Counted from the first letter of the stretch, positions 1-9,218 are shown. The stretch: DNA of 64,000 bases from an uncultured Bacteroidales bacterium (GCA_902799185.1 CADBZO010000004.1:485-64484); one strand, 5' to 3'. The notes: generated by a model not told the origin, from the letters alone. A program made the numbers and translations.

Positions 1-378
1 GGCACGACCATTGATCAGATCCGCGAGGCGTGGCTCAGTATGCTGGACACGCTGCCGCAGGAGCGGCTGGACTATATCGCGTCCCTGCGGCGGAAAGGGT
101 ACAGGACCATCCTGCTCTCCAACTCCAACGAGCTCCATTGGAACCCGATATGGGAGCAGTACCGGCTGGGGGAGTATTTCGATGCGGTTTTTGCGTCCCA
201 CCATCTGCATATGGCGAAACCGAACCGGGAGATCTTCGGCCATGTGGTACGCGAGGCGCAGGTGGATAGCGCGCACACGGTCTATGTAGATGATCTGGAG
301 AAGAACCGCAAGGCGGGAGAGCAATATGCCGGATGGAAGACAGTCGCCTCTATTGAGGAATTGAGAATTGAGAATTGA
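1..378 (+). CDS. HAD-superfamily hydrolase, C-terminal part (5' end outside window)
   Basis: Frame 1 is open from base 1. Translation contains LLSNSN, MAKPN and VYVDDLEKN, resembling HAD motifs II-IV. The stop TGA (376-378) lies inside the TTGAGAA array. Confidence 0.7.
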   Translation, partial: GTTIDQIREAWLSMLDTLPQERLDYIASLRRKGYRTILLSNSNELHWNPIWEQYRLGEYFDAVFASHHLHMAKPNREIFGHVVREAQVDSAHTVYVDDLEKNRKAGEQYAGWKTVASIEELRIEN

Positions 379-425
379 GAATTGAGAATTGAGAATTGAG
401 AATTGAGAGTTGAGAATTGAGAATT
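353..425. repeat. Tandem heptamer array (TTGAGAA), about 10 copies
   Basis: Direct reading. Units at 353, 361, 368 ... 417, with two variant units (TTGAGGA, TTGAGAG). Fills the gap between the HAD gene and the next ATG (432). Confidence 0.95.
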
Positions 426-431
426 ATTACC

Positions 432-1559
432 ATGAAAGAGATACTTAGCCATTTTGCCATTCCCAACGAGACAGGCGAGCCGCAGCCTTTGCATATAGGT
501 TTTATCAACGACTCGTTCATCGTACCCGCCCGGCGCGTAGGCGAGAGGTCGTATTGCCTCCAGCGCATCAACCATCGTATCTTCAAAGACGTGAAGGGGC
601 TGATGCGCAATATAGAAACCGTCACAAACCATATCCGTGAGAAACTGCAGACCGCAGGCGTGCCGGACATTGACCGGAAGGTGCTACAACTGGTACCGAC
701 CAAAGAGGGGAAACTCGATTACCGTACAGCGGAAGGCAACTGCTGGCGGTTGTACGTACTGGTGGAACCCGCTACCTCGCAGGAGAAAGTGACCCCGCTC
801 TCCGCGGAACTGACAGGCGAAGCCTTCGGGCGGTTCCAGAAACAGTTAGCCGACCTGCCTTTCGACGCGCTATGTGAGAGTATCCCGAATTTCCATAACA
901 TGGAGTTCCGTTTGCAGCAGTTGGATGAAGCCATCATGAATGTACAAAGGGACGATGTACAATGTACAAGGGACGATGTACGATGTACGAAGGAGCGTGA
1001 ACGGTTAGAGGCGTGCGGGGAGATCATGGACGCCATCAACCAACGGCGGGAAGAGATGTGTCTTGCCGAGCGGCTCTTCCGCGAAGGAAAACTGCAGAAA
1101 CATATCAACCATTGCGACACCAAGGTCAACAATGTGCTCTTTGACGAAGCCGGCAGACCTATCTGTATCGTCGATCTGGATACCGTGATGCCGGGTTTTG
1201 TATTCTCCGACTTCGGCGATTTCATGCGTACCGCTGCGAATACGGGTCTGGAGGACGACCCCGTATTGGAGAATATACACGTGGATATGGCGGTCTTCGA
1301 GGCTTACACGCGCGGGTATTTGAAAGAGGCAACCTTCCTCACGGATCTGGAGAAAGAGCTCCTGCCCTATGGCTGCCGGCTGATGAGTTACATGCAGGCG
1401 GTGCGTTTCTTCACCGATTACATCAACGGGGACACGTATTACAAGATCGCGTACCCGGAGCATAACCTTGTGCGCACCAAGGCGCAGTTACGGCTTTTAG
1501 AAGAGCAGGAGAAGGTGGCGGAGGAGATGAAGGCGATTATCCACCGCTTAAGTAAATAA
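432..1559 (+). CDS. APH-fold phosphotransferase, N-acetylhexosamine-1-kinase (NahK)-like
   Basis: ORF with ATG at 432, after the repeat. Contains HCDTKVNNVLFD and IVDLDTV, resembling the catalytic-loop and DxD motifs of APH/NahK-type kinases. Amino-sugar gene context. Confidence 0.6.
   Translation: MKEILSHFAIPNETGEPQPLHIGFINDSFIVPARRVGERSYCLQRINHRIFKDVKGLMRNIETVTNHIREKLQTAGVPDIDRKVLQLVPTKEGKLDYRTAEGNCWRLYVLVEPATSQEKVTPLSAELTGEAFGRFQKQLADLPFDALCESIPNFHNMEFRLQQLDEAIMNVQRDDVQCTRDDVRCTKERERLEACGEIMDAINQRREEMCLAERLFREGKLQKHINHCDTKVNNVLFDEAGRPICIVDLDTVMPGFVFSDFGDFMRTAANTGLEDDPVLENIHVDMAVFEAYTRGYLKEATFLTDLEKELLPYGCRLMSYMQAVRFFTDYINGDTYYKIAYPEHNLVRTKAQLRLLEEQEKVAEEMKAIIHRLSK
939..994. repeat. In-frame heptamer array (ATGTACR / AAGGGAC units) inside the kinase CDS
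   Basis: aatgtacaaagggacgatgtacaatgtacaagggacgatgtacgatgtacgaaggag has period 7 and encodes NVQRDDVQCTRDDVRCTKE. Confidence 0.85.
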
Positions 1560-1572
1560 AAAAAGATAAAAG

Positions 1573-1697
1573 CTGAATAATAATCTTATCACTGCGTGAT
1601 TTTGAATCTTCTTTTGCCAAAATGCCCCTCCGAATAAATTCGATGACCATTTTAGCAAAAGAAGTTTCACCTCTTCGAGACCCAAATTATTATTCAG
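1573..1697. repeat. Long imperfect inverted repeat (MITE-like or structured RNA)
   Basis: Outer arms ctgaataataat (1573-1584) / attattattcag (1686-1697). Inner arms cttcttttgccaaaatg (1608-1624) / cattttagcaaaagaag (1648-1664) match 16 of 17. Confidence 0.6.
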
Positions 1698-1916
1698 AGA
1701 TAAATTAAGATAAATTCATTGCCGATGTATGCAAATAGCACTAAAACGTATTATATTTGGTTGATGGAGCGGCATGGGAACTTGCTCACACGGACGCTAC
1801 AGCAAACAAAGATACATTAGCCCAAAGGGCTTACAAACGGCAGAGGGGTTTATCTTGGTTTATTTTCTATAAAAATCAGCAACCGGGAAACTTTAATTTA
1901 TTTATAAAACTATACT

Positions 1917-2516
1917 ATGAAACTATATGTCAACCAAGTGAACTGGCGGGAGGCGTATCCAGAGAAGCCGGAGGTGCATGTGGAGGTGAGCAATGACCGG
2001 GAGGCGTTGTATCTGCACTGGCATGTGCAAGGCGGGCAGTTGCGCGCCGTGACGACGGAGGACCAGGGTCCGGTATGGGAGGACAGCTGCGTGGAGTTCT
2101 TCTGCCAAGTACCGGGTGAGAGGCATTACTGCAATTTCGAGTGCAACTGTATCGGAGCGATGGTAGGTTCGCGCCGGCTGAGCCGGAACGAAGAGGTAGT
2201 GCCTTTTTCCGCCTCGGAGATGAGCCGGATAGCACGGCGGTGCCGGATCAGGCGTGCAGGCGAGGAATGGGTGGCTGCCGGGCGCACCGCTTTCGAGGAG
2301 CAAGACGGTTGCTTTGAATGGGAGGCGGAGCTGCGTATTCCGCTGGATATGATTTTCAGGGAGAGCAAGCCGGTGTTCCCGCAGGTATTGCGGGCGAACT
2401 TCTACAAGTGTGCGGATAAGACAAAGAAACCGCATTTCCTGAGTTGGCAGCCGATCCGGACAGAGAAGCCTGATTTCCACCGCCCTGAGTTCTTCGGGGA
2501 TCTCATATTGAATTGA
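1917..2516 (+). CDS. CBM9-like / DOMON-like carbohydrate-binding domain protein
   Basis: 199-aa ORF. The WEDSCVEFF and ANFYKC pattern resembles the small CBM9_2-type proteins of Bacteroidota. Family call is from memory only. Confidence 0.45.
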   Translation: MKLYVNQVNWREAYPEKPEVHVEVSNDREALYLHWHVQGGQLRAVTTEDQGPVWEDSCVEFFCQVPGERHYCNFECNCIGAMVGSRRLSRNEEVVPFSASEMSRIARRCRIRRAGEEWVAAGRTAFEEQDGCFEWEAELRIPLDMIFRESKPVFPQVLRANFYKCADKTKKPHFLSWQPIRTEKPDFHRPEFFGDLILN

Positions 2517-2525
2517 CGATGAAGA

Positions 2526-5500
2526 TTATTTGACGATTTGTCCTATCGTAGTATATATATGTGAATTACGACGGACGAACAGATGACCATCCTGAAGGAA
2601 TTTCTGAGATTCAGAAGTTCCTTTTATATTTTCCAAACCGGTATTGTCAATCACGTTCTCTGATATCCACTGTGCGCCGGCTTCGGGAGCAGACCAGTTA
2701 TCGAGATCATCCGCAGCAAAAGCGCCGTAGTAATAGACCTGTCCTACCACCGCCGAAGCATCTGCGCAGGTTTCTTCCGTTCCGCGGTAGATCTCTATGC
2801 CATCGGTCGGCGAGGCAGGGAAAGCATTCTCCTTGCGCACAATAACCGTTTGTGCATAATCCGGAGCGGGATAGATGTCACCGCTCAGATGCAAGTCATC
2901 CAGATAGAACGTACCGGAAACGACCTCCCCGGTAGAGACGCTGAAGGAAAGGCGAACTATCCCTTCGCAGCGATTACGATCATCGGTATTAGTGTACCAG
3001 TCGAACGCCTGCAGCGTCCGCAGATCCAGCGTCACCTCCTGCCATTCGCTAACTGAGAGATTGACACGCTCGGTAAACCACCAATCTTCATGTCCATCGG
3101 ACATATTCTTGGTCACGATACGCAGATCGGTGGAAGAACCATTCCCTTTGAGTCGGAAGGTAAGGATCGGTGTTTGGTGTAAGTCCGTAGGGGCATCGAA
3201 CACATAATCTGCCGAAGCAGTCGCCCAGGCAGTTGCGATGCTATAATCACATTGGAGCGCACCATCTGATGCCTGAATCACCATCGATGCTCCATCGTCA
3301 TCTAATTGCTGCATGTTTCCTATTCCATCACTGAAGTCCGTGAGGGTTTCATCCAGATGGACAAGGTGAGTCGGGTTGAGCCACGAGAGCGAAATATATC
3401 CGTCCTGTTCTTTGCCGGAAAGGGCTGTCGGAGCCGGTGGAGGCGTAGTATCCGCCAGCAGGTTCACTACCGCCGTATTACCGCCCATATAGGTTTTACC
3501 GCCGGAAGAGATGACAGCGTAGATATAATACTTGCCTTTCGGGAAGATGTCCCGTGTACGCCATATGTATTTCTCTGTGGCGCCGGGCAAGCCGGTAACG
3601 ATGGGTGTCATGCCTTCGACAGAGGAAGCGCCCGGAGTCTGCGAGTAATAGAACGAGACAGACGCATCACCCGCCGGATCGAACGTGAACCAACGGAGTT
3701 GGATCGAGTCTTCCACATCCACTTCGTTTGCCGGAACGGTGAAACGGACCGCGGGAGAGATCACTTCGCCTTCTAAGAGGAAATCATAGTGATAGAACGG
3801 CGTTCCCACTGAGTCATAAGCGGTGAGGTATATATGCGAAGCGTCGGCAGACATGTCGAGCGTAGAGAAACACGACACACGGCAGTAGAACATAGAGTAC
3901 CGGAAGTCACCCAATTGTTTCTGCTGCTCATAGTTGGCATCCCTGCCGCAGCCTGGACGCACATAGTGGACACCGTCTTTATAGAGGTGCTCAAAGGAAT
4001 GATCATCGCCGGAGAGGGAAATGATATGTTTGCCAAGCGCTGCATGTTTCTCGAAGAGCGTACCCATCTGACGAGGTTCATCCGCCCACTGACCATGATA
4101 GCCGGTGGTGTGAACACCGACGTGGTGGCAGATGATAATCCACGGACGCGTGCAAGTGCCGAGAATAGAATCCGCCCATGCATACTGACGGCCACCCGGC
4201 AGGAAATGTGGAGAAGAAGGATCGCCGTTGAGGTTGAGCATAATCACATCTGCATTGCCATAGACAAAATGGAAATACGCTTCTCCGCGCGGATCGATGG
4301 TGTCTCCTTCGGATGCGCCTTCATGGCTGAACTGATGGAAATAATCGTAATAGGAGGACCAACGATAAGTAAACGGATCACCCGTCTCATGGTTACCGGA
4401 GGAAGACATCAGCGGCACTTGGCTGAGGAAGGGTGCACCGGGAGTGAAGAAATAATTATTCCAATTACGGTCGTTCCCTTTGCTACTAACGAAATCACCG
4501 TTCATGAGCGATATATCGCAGTTGAGATTGCAAATGAAGTCCTGCATGTTCGACCAGTTATTACGGGCGTTTCCGTGAATATCGCTAATGGTAAAGATAC
4601 GGAAAGCTGTGCCGGCTTCGGGCGCCGTTTTTGTGCTGCACACTTTATCAAAGCGGCGAGTGGCACTGGCGCCTACGGTGAAATAATAACGCGTATTAGG
4701 TTGGAGACCGGTGAGAGTGACAACATGTACAAATCCTTCATCCTCTACATTCCATCCGTCGTTCGTCAGAACCTGTTGGTCCAAGTTTTCGGCATTTGTA
4801 CCATAATAGACGAGTGCATCGGTCGGTTTGGCCTCATCATTCATCTGCCAGAGAATCTTGACAGAGGTAGTCGTCGGCGCCATAGAATACGGCTGTTTGT
4901 AGGGTACGTACGGATCATCATCTGTATCGTATTGCTCCGAAGAAACGCCCCACCTCGGGTCACCGAGTGTGCTGTTGTCTGTTCCTGCTTCTACCGCAGG
5001 ACTATTTGCAAAAAGTTGGAAATTGCCATTCGCTGCATCTACAAAGTAGGGATTTCTGCTGATACATTTCTTTTGTGAGCCACCTGTTCCTACTTTAACC
5101 GGCGCATTATACGCAAGGCAGTTATGCACGTACGAGTTGGAGCCATATACCGCAAAGCTATTGGCTCCTTCCCGCTCTTCGGGATTCATAAAAATGCAGT
5201 TGGTAATATGGCAGTTGTCGAGGTTGGCCGGATAGACGCCCCGGGTATCGGTGCTGTTATAGAACGTGCAGTGGTCGATCAGGGCGGAGCCAACCATCGG
5301 GACTAAAGAACTACCTCCATACAGATAGATGAAACGACCGGTACCGTTTGCGCCGCCATCGAAGGTGCAGTTGGTGATAGAAATGTTACGTAGTTGTTGT
5401 GGCACATCGGCGGCATATATCGTGCGTGCAGAGTTGGCTGTGCTTCCGAGAAGGAAGAGACAGTTATTAATGGTAACGTCGAAGAGCGCGTCACCGGTTA

Positions 5501-5810
5501 CCATTCGCAGCACATCGGCGGTACTCTGGATAATAAGTCCTTGGAGCGTGAAGTCCGTTTTTATCTCTATCCGGCTGGAGAGTTTGAGGACAGGTTGGGT
5601 CCCTTCTGCGGCTTGGATAGTAAGCGGTACTGTGGGTTTAATGGACGAAGACTCCGTGTACTCGCCGTCCGTGAGAACAAGGACATCACCGGAAGAGGCA
5701 GCGGTTACTGCTGTTCGGAGCGTACCTGATCCGGGCGCGACGTTGATTGTCGCGGCATGGAGAATGGCGCAGAGTGAAGCACCAAGAATGAGGATAGAGA
5801 TGCGTTTCAT
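2526..5810 (-). CDS. Secreted beta-helix / FN3 / calcineurin-like metallophosphoesterase fusion protein (1094 aa)
   Basis: Signal peptide MKRISILILGASLCAILHA. N-terminal region has repeated N/C/T-rich beta-helix-like segments ending GDPRWG. Metallophosphoesterase motifs ISDIHGN, NGDFVS, GNHE and GDDHSFEH. Paralog of 14648-17890. Confidence 0.8.
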   Translation of the reverse strand: MKRISILILGASLCAILHAATINVAPGSGTLRTAVTAASSGDVLVLTDGEYTESSSIKPTVPLTIQAAEGTQPVLKLSSRIEIKTDFTLQGLIIQSTADVLRMVTGDALFDVTINNCLFLLGSTANSARTIYAADVPQQLRNISITNCTFDGGANGTGRFIYLYGGSSLVPMVGSALIDHCTFYNSTDTRGVYPANLDNCHITNCIFMNPEEREGANSFAVYGSNSYVHNCLAYNAPVKVGTGGSQKKCISRNPYFVDAANGNFQLFANSPAVEAGTDNSTLGDPRWGVSSEQYDTDDDPYVPYKQPYSMAPTTTSVKILWQMNDEAKPTDALVYYGTNAENLDQQVLTNDGWNVEDEGFVHVVTLTGLQPNTRYYFTVGASATRRFDKVCSTKTAPEAGTAFRIFTISDIHGNARNNWSNMQDFICNLNCDISLMNGDFVSSKGNDRNWNNYFFTPGAPFLSQVPLMSSSGNHETGDPFTYRWSSYYDYFHQFSHEGASEGDTIDPRGEAYFHFVYGNADVIMLNLNGDPSSPHFLPGGRQYAWADSILGTCTRPWIIICHHVGVHTTGYHGQWADEPRQMGTLFEKHAALGKHIISLSGDDHSFEHLYKDGVHYVRPGCGRDANYEQQKQLGDFRYSMFYCRVSCFSTLDMSADASHIYLTAYDSVGTPFYHYDFLLEGEVISPAVRFTVPANEVDVEDSIQLRWFTFDPAGDASVSFYYSQTPGASSVEGMTPIVTGLPGATEKYIWRTRDIFPKGKYYIYAVISSGGKTYMGGNTAVVNLLADTTPPPAPTALSGKEQDGYISLSWLNPTHLVHLDETLTDFSDGIGNMQQLDDDGASMVIQASDGALQCDYSIATAWATASADYVFDAPTDLHQTPILTFRLKGNGSSTDLRIVTKNMSDGHEDWWFTERVNLSVSEWQEVTLDLRTLQAFDWYTNTDDRNRCEGIVRLSFSVSTGEVVSGTFYLDDLHLSGDIYPAPDYAQTVIVRKENAFPASPTDGIEIYRGTEETCADASAVVGQVYYYGAFAADDLDNWSAPEAGAQWISENVIDNTGLENIKGTSESQKFLQDGHLFVRRNSHIYTTIGQIVK

Positions 5811-5830
5811 GGGTATTTGGATTTTGATAC

Positions 5831-5861
5831 AATAGCAGCCCGAAATATTTCAGGCTGCTAT
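5831..5861. terminator. Intergenic hairpin
   Basis: aatagcagcc-cgaaatatttc-aggctgctatt gives an 11-bp stem. There is no clear T-run. Confidence 0.3.
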
Positions 5862-5885
5862 TGTGTTGATACGAATCACGATTCA

Positions 5886-6020
5886 TTAAATCGGATCACC
5901 ATCGATGTCGGTGAAATTCAAGTCTAAGTTACCTTGAACGGAACCAACAGCGGCTTGGCACAGATAAGCAGTGCGAAATGCCATTGAGGTCATGTTGGGG
6001 ATAATATATTGCTTTTTCAT
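5886..6020 (-). CDS. Candidate small ORF (44 aa) between two giant secreted-protein genes
   Basis: Hand-translated as MKKQYIIPNMTSMAFRTAYLCQAAVGSVQGNLDLNFTDIDGDPI. ATG at 6018-6020, stop at 5886-5888. Below the ORF-track length cutoff. Confidence 0.3.
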   Translation of the reverse strand: MKKQYIIPNMTSMAFRTAYLCQAAVGSVQGNLDLNFTDIDGDPI

Positions 6021-6070
6021 ATTCGTAATTTTTTAGAGTTTCAGTATTCTTATTAGTTGGTATTCTGGAA

Positions 6071-9019
6071 TTATTCAATCATAACGCCCATTGCATTGTA
6101 ACGAACACCGTCACGGATGATGATGAGTTGACCGTTTTCGATAGTCTTGATTATTCCATTGTTCTCTAATTCTACCAGATTAATCTCGGTCGGTACTTTG
6201 TTCGGAGTAATAATATTTGCACGACGGATAGGAGCAGAATTCGCGCCACCATTAATCTGGAAGTAAGCACGGAAGCCCTTGAGTGTTCTGTCTTGTTGCG
6301 GATAAGCCAGTTGGTTATTTGCCATCAATAACAGTACTTGGTCTCCATTATGGAAATCTTTCTGAACGAATGTACCTTGGAAAGTTACGAAACCACCATT
6401 GGTATGATCAGCAGTTTCGCTTTCAATGGTTACATTTTCAAATAATGGGTTAACAATATCCGATGATGTCTTAATAAGAATCGGTGTCCCATTCCAGATA
6501 TCGCTGGCTGTGTTAAATTGCAGGTTAAGGATATCTCCGCTGAGGGTTGCACTGCCCAGCGTGTACAGCTCTACATCGTTACCGAAGATAGCTTTGCATT
6601 TTGCGCTGGAAAGTTTGAACGGCAAGCAGATCGTATTGTACATGCCACCTAAGATAGTGCGAGTCATTTGTACATCAACCGTGTTGTTTAGATCTGCAAT
6701 CCATCTGGTATTGTCGGTGTCTGTGTCTTTCATAACAACGCCTGCCGGAGCTACATACGGAGCAATAGTTACGCTGTGAAGAACACATACAGAATATTGC
6801 TGTTTATTAATGAGTTTGAGAGTGTAATCACCTGCTGCCGGAATGTTTAAATGTTGCGTGAGGCTATAGTTGTTATCCCATTTTGTATCCTCTCCCTCTT
6901 CTGCACTTCTCTTGAGTGTGTTGCCTTCATATAATTCAAAGCGTAAGGTATGTCCTCCGTTTGGCGCGTTAACTGTAATTACCATTTCGCCGGCTTCTGT
7001 AGCATGGAGATTCCATAGAGCATATTCAGTTTCGTTATCCTCATTCGCGTCATATTTGATATCACCGTTTGCAAGATGGGTCATTTTTAGTGTACCGCCA
7101 TCTTCTTTGAGCAGTTTTGCATCTGTGGCAAGTATCTCACCAGGAGCATTCACTATAGCACCACCTTCATAAGAAGCTGCGATATACTCAATACGTCCGT
7201 GAGAATAATTGGTAGTATCTTTGATAAATAATACATAATTGCCTATAGCCAGATTTTCTACATCCAAAGCAAATTTCAGCGGAGTATTGGATGAACCCTT
7301 CTGCACTTTTGATGCGATGTCACTGGTCTCAGTACTATTTCGTAAAATTAATTGGTAAGCATGTGCATTATCACTATTTGCACTAACGGCGAATTTGTAA
7401 TTACCAGCCTTTGCTATACTGATTTTCCATTTACCGTACTGGTCGCGTACATAACCTGAGTGACTGTCATCGGTAAAGCGTAATTCGCCGGCTTCATTAA
7501 CAAAAGCTCTTTCACTCTTTAATGCATCAATAGCTCTCAAAGTATCAGGAATAGCAATAGTTCTACCACCTTCGTAAGTTGCATCAATGAAGAGAACTCT
7601 ACTCTTTGCCCAGTTGTAGAGAGTGCGGACTTTTACGACATAATTACCTGCCGTCAGCTCATATTTACCAGTACTGATAGTTTGTTCTCCAGTACTCATA
7701 CTAGTGTTAGTATTAGAGATCAACTCAGAGGTCTCATCGCTATTGAGGAGTTTAATCTCAAATTTTTGGCTACCATCAGCGCGGAATACGTGAGCAGTGA
7801 AGTTGTAATAACCTGCCTTGGTAACTGAAACTTTCCATTTTGCCCATTCTTTGTCTTCGTAGTCGTAATCTCCACCAGGGTAAAGTTTAAAGGATATAGA
7901 GTCCGGAGCGTCTACAACAGCAGCAGAAATAACACCTGCCGTATCACTTACGATAGCATCAACGGCATTTAATCTGGCAGGGATAGCAATTGTTTGAATT
8001 GCAGTTTCCCAACGCGGGTCACCCCAAATAGCACCATTTTCACGTCTTGCTACAGAAGCATTGTGCATTCTAAAGTTATTATTGGCTGCATCCACAAATA
8101 GCGGATTTCCAGTGAAGTTACCGGAAAGTGCCGGCTTTCCACCACTCTGACGGTGTGCGTGTCTACCTGAATCATATGTTAAGTTGTACGTCAAACAGTT
8201 ACTGATAGTTCCGCCATAGCAACTTGTTGCGCGACGGTCATATGCCACAGGATGAGCAAAGATACAATTGGAAATAGTAACATCACTTATATTGAGTGGG
8301 CGAATCGCCGAATAATCCGAGTTAATTGTCGGATTGTTGTAGAACGTACAATGGTCAACAATTACTTTTACGGCATCCGATGTAGCATCATTGTACGGAT
8401 GAATATCTATAGTGCTTGTATAATTTGCTAACGCGTCCGAATTGGCAATCGTAGTATTAGTTACAGCAAGTTTATCGCACGGGTGTTTGCCTTCAATAGT
8501 TCCTTTTGGAAAATATACAGCATTCTTTTTGTTGTTATGCAAGAAGCAATCTTTAATAATAAGAGAATCTGTATGGGTACTTCCGGCTCCGTAGAAAACG
8601 TAATTCTTTATGCTGTATAACTCGCAGTCTTCTATAACAAGGCTGGTCTTCGAATCGTCATAAAAACGGAAATAATAGTCATAGGAGGTGCCTTGTACAC
8701 TACCATCAAATTTCAAACCTTTTATTTTGATGTTTGCGCCACTTTTAATTTGAGCATACGTGGTCATTTTAATTACAGGATTAGCACCCTCTGCAGCCAA
8801 GATGACTAAATTTTTGTCCAAATAAAGATAATCATCGTACTCATCATAAATACCATCTGCCAAAACAATGGTATCATAATTTTGCTCTGCTGCATACCAA
8901 ATTGCTAAACGCAAATTGTCGTGCGTTTCGAACGGTGTTGTAGGAGTAATGTTTTTCACCGCAGCATTCATCATCATTGAGAGGATCAATGCGGGAAGGA
9001 GTAAGAAAATTTTTCTCAT
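6071..9019 (-). CDS. Secreted beta-helix protein with three CBM6/35-like repeats (982 aa)
   Basis: Signal peptide present. The N-terminal roughly 330 aa are paralogous to 17944-19728 (DGIYDE...NLVILAAEGANPVIK...GDPRWE). Three internal modules of about 130 aa (about 6787-7987) contain KWKVSVTKAGYYNF / KWKISIAKAGNYKF. Confidence 0.8.
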   Translation of the reverse strand: MRKIFLLLPALILSMMMNAAVKNITPTTPFETHDNLRLAIWYAAEQNYDTIVLADGIYDEYDDYLYLDKNLVILAAEGANPVIKMTTYAQIKSGANIKIKGLKFDGSVQGTSYDYYFRFYDDSKTSLVIEDCELYSIKNYVFYGAGSTHTDSLIIKDCFLHNNKKNAVYFPKGTIEGKHPCDKLAVTNTTIANSDALANYTSTIDIHPYNDATSDAVKVIVDHCTFYNNPTINSDYSAIRPLNISDVTISNCIFAHPVAYDRRATSCYGGTISNCLTYNLTYDSGRHAHRQSGGKPALSGNFTGNPLFVDAANNNFRMHNASVARRENGAIWGDPRWETAIQTIAIPARLNAVDAIVSDTAGVISAAVVDAPDSISFKLYPGGDYDYEDKEWAKWKVSVTKAGYYNFTAHVFRADGSQKFEIKLLNSDETSELISNTNTSMSTGEQTISTGKYELTAGNYVVKVRTLYNWAKSRVLFIDATYEGGRTIAIPDTLRAIDALKSERAFVNEAGELRFTDDSHSGYVRDQYGKWKISIAKAGNYKFAVSANSDNAHAYQLILRNSTETSDIASKVQKGSSNTPLKFALDVENLAIGNYVLFIKDTTNYSHGRIEYIAASYEGGAIVNAPGEILATDAKLLKEDGGTLKMTHLANGDIKYDANEDNETEYALWNLHATEAGEMVITVNAPNGGHTLRFELYEGNTLKRSAEEGEDTKWDNNYSLTQHLNIPAAGDYTLKLINKQQYSVCVLHSVTIAPYVAPAGVVMKDTDTDNTRWIADLNNTVDVQMTRTILGGMYNTICLPFKLSSAKCKAIFGNDVELYTLGSATLSGDILNLQFNTASDIWNGTPILIKTSSDIVNPLFENVTIESETADHTNGGFVTFQGTFVQKDFHNGDQVLLLMANNQLAYPQQDRTLKGFRAYFQINGGANSAPIRRANIITPNKVPTEINLVELENNGIIKTIENGQLIIIRDGVRYNAMGVMIE

Positions 9020-9218
9020 AGTATTGAAATTTTTAAGTTAATAGAGAACTATTTTTCAGAGGTTTGGTGTCTCAAAACCGGTGCAAAGTTAGTACTTTCG
9101 CGCGTTATATTTTATATATGGAGACGTGTTAAAAAACATAAATTCCGAGAAAATGCACCACAAGACCGCCAATAGCCACAATATGAGCCATTTATGCAGT
9201 AGATTAACCAAGAAAAAA

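Noticed and set aside
2529-2603. Calling the shared C-terminal tails canonical T9SS type A sorting domains.
   Set aside because: Only about 25 residues are conserved by eye, and I cannot verify the full 70-90-aa CTD profile without an HMM search. It is reported as an open finding instead.
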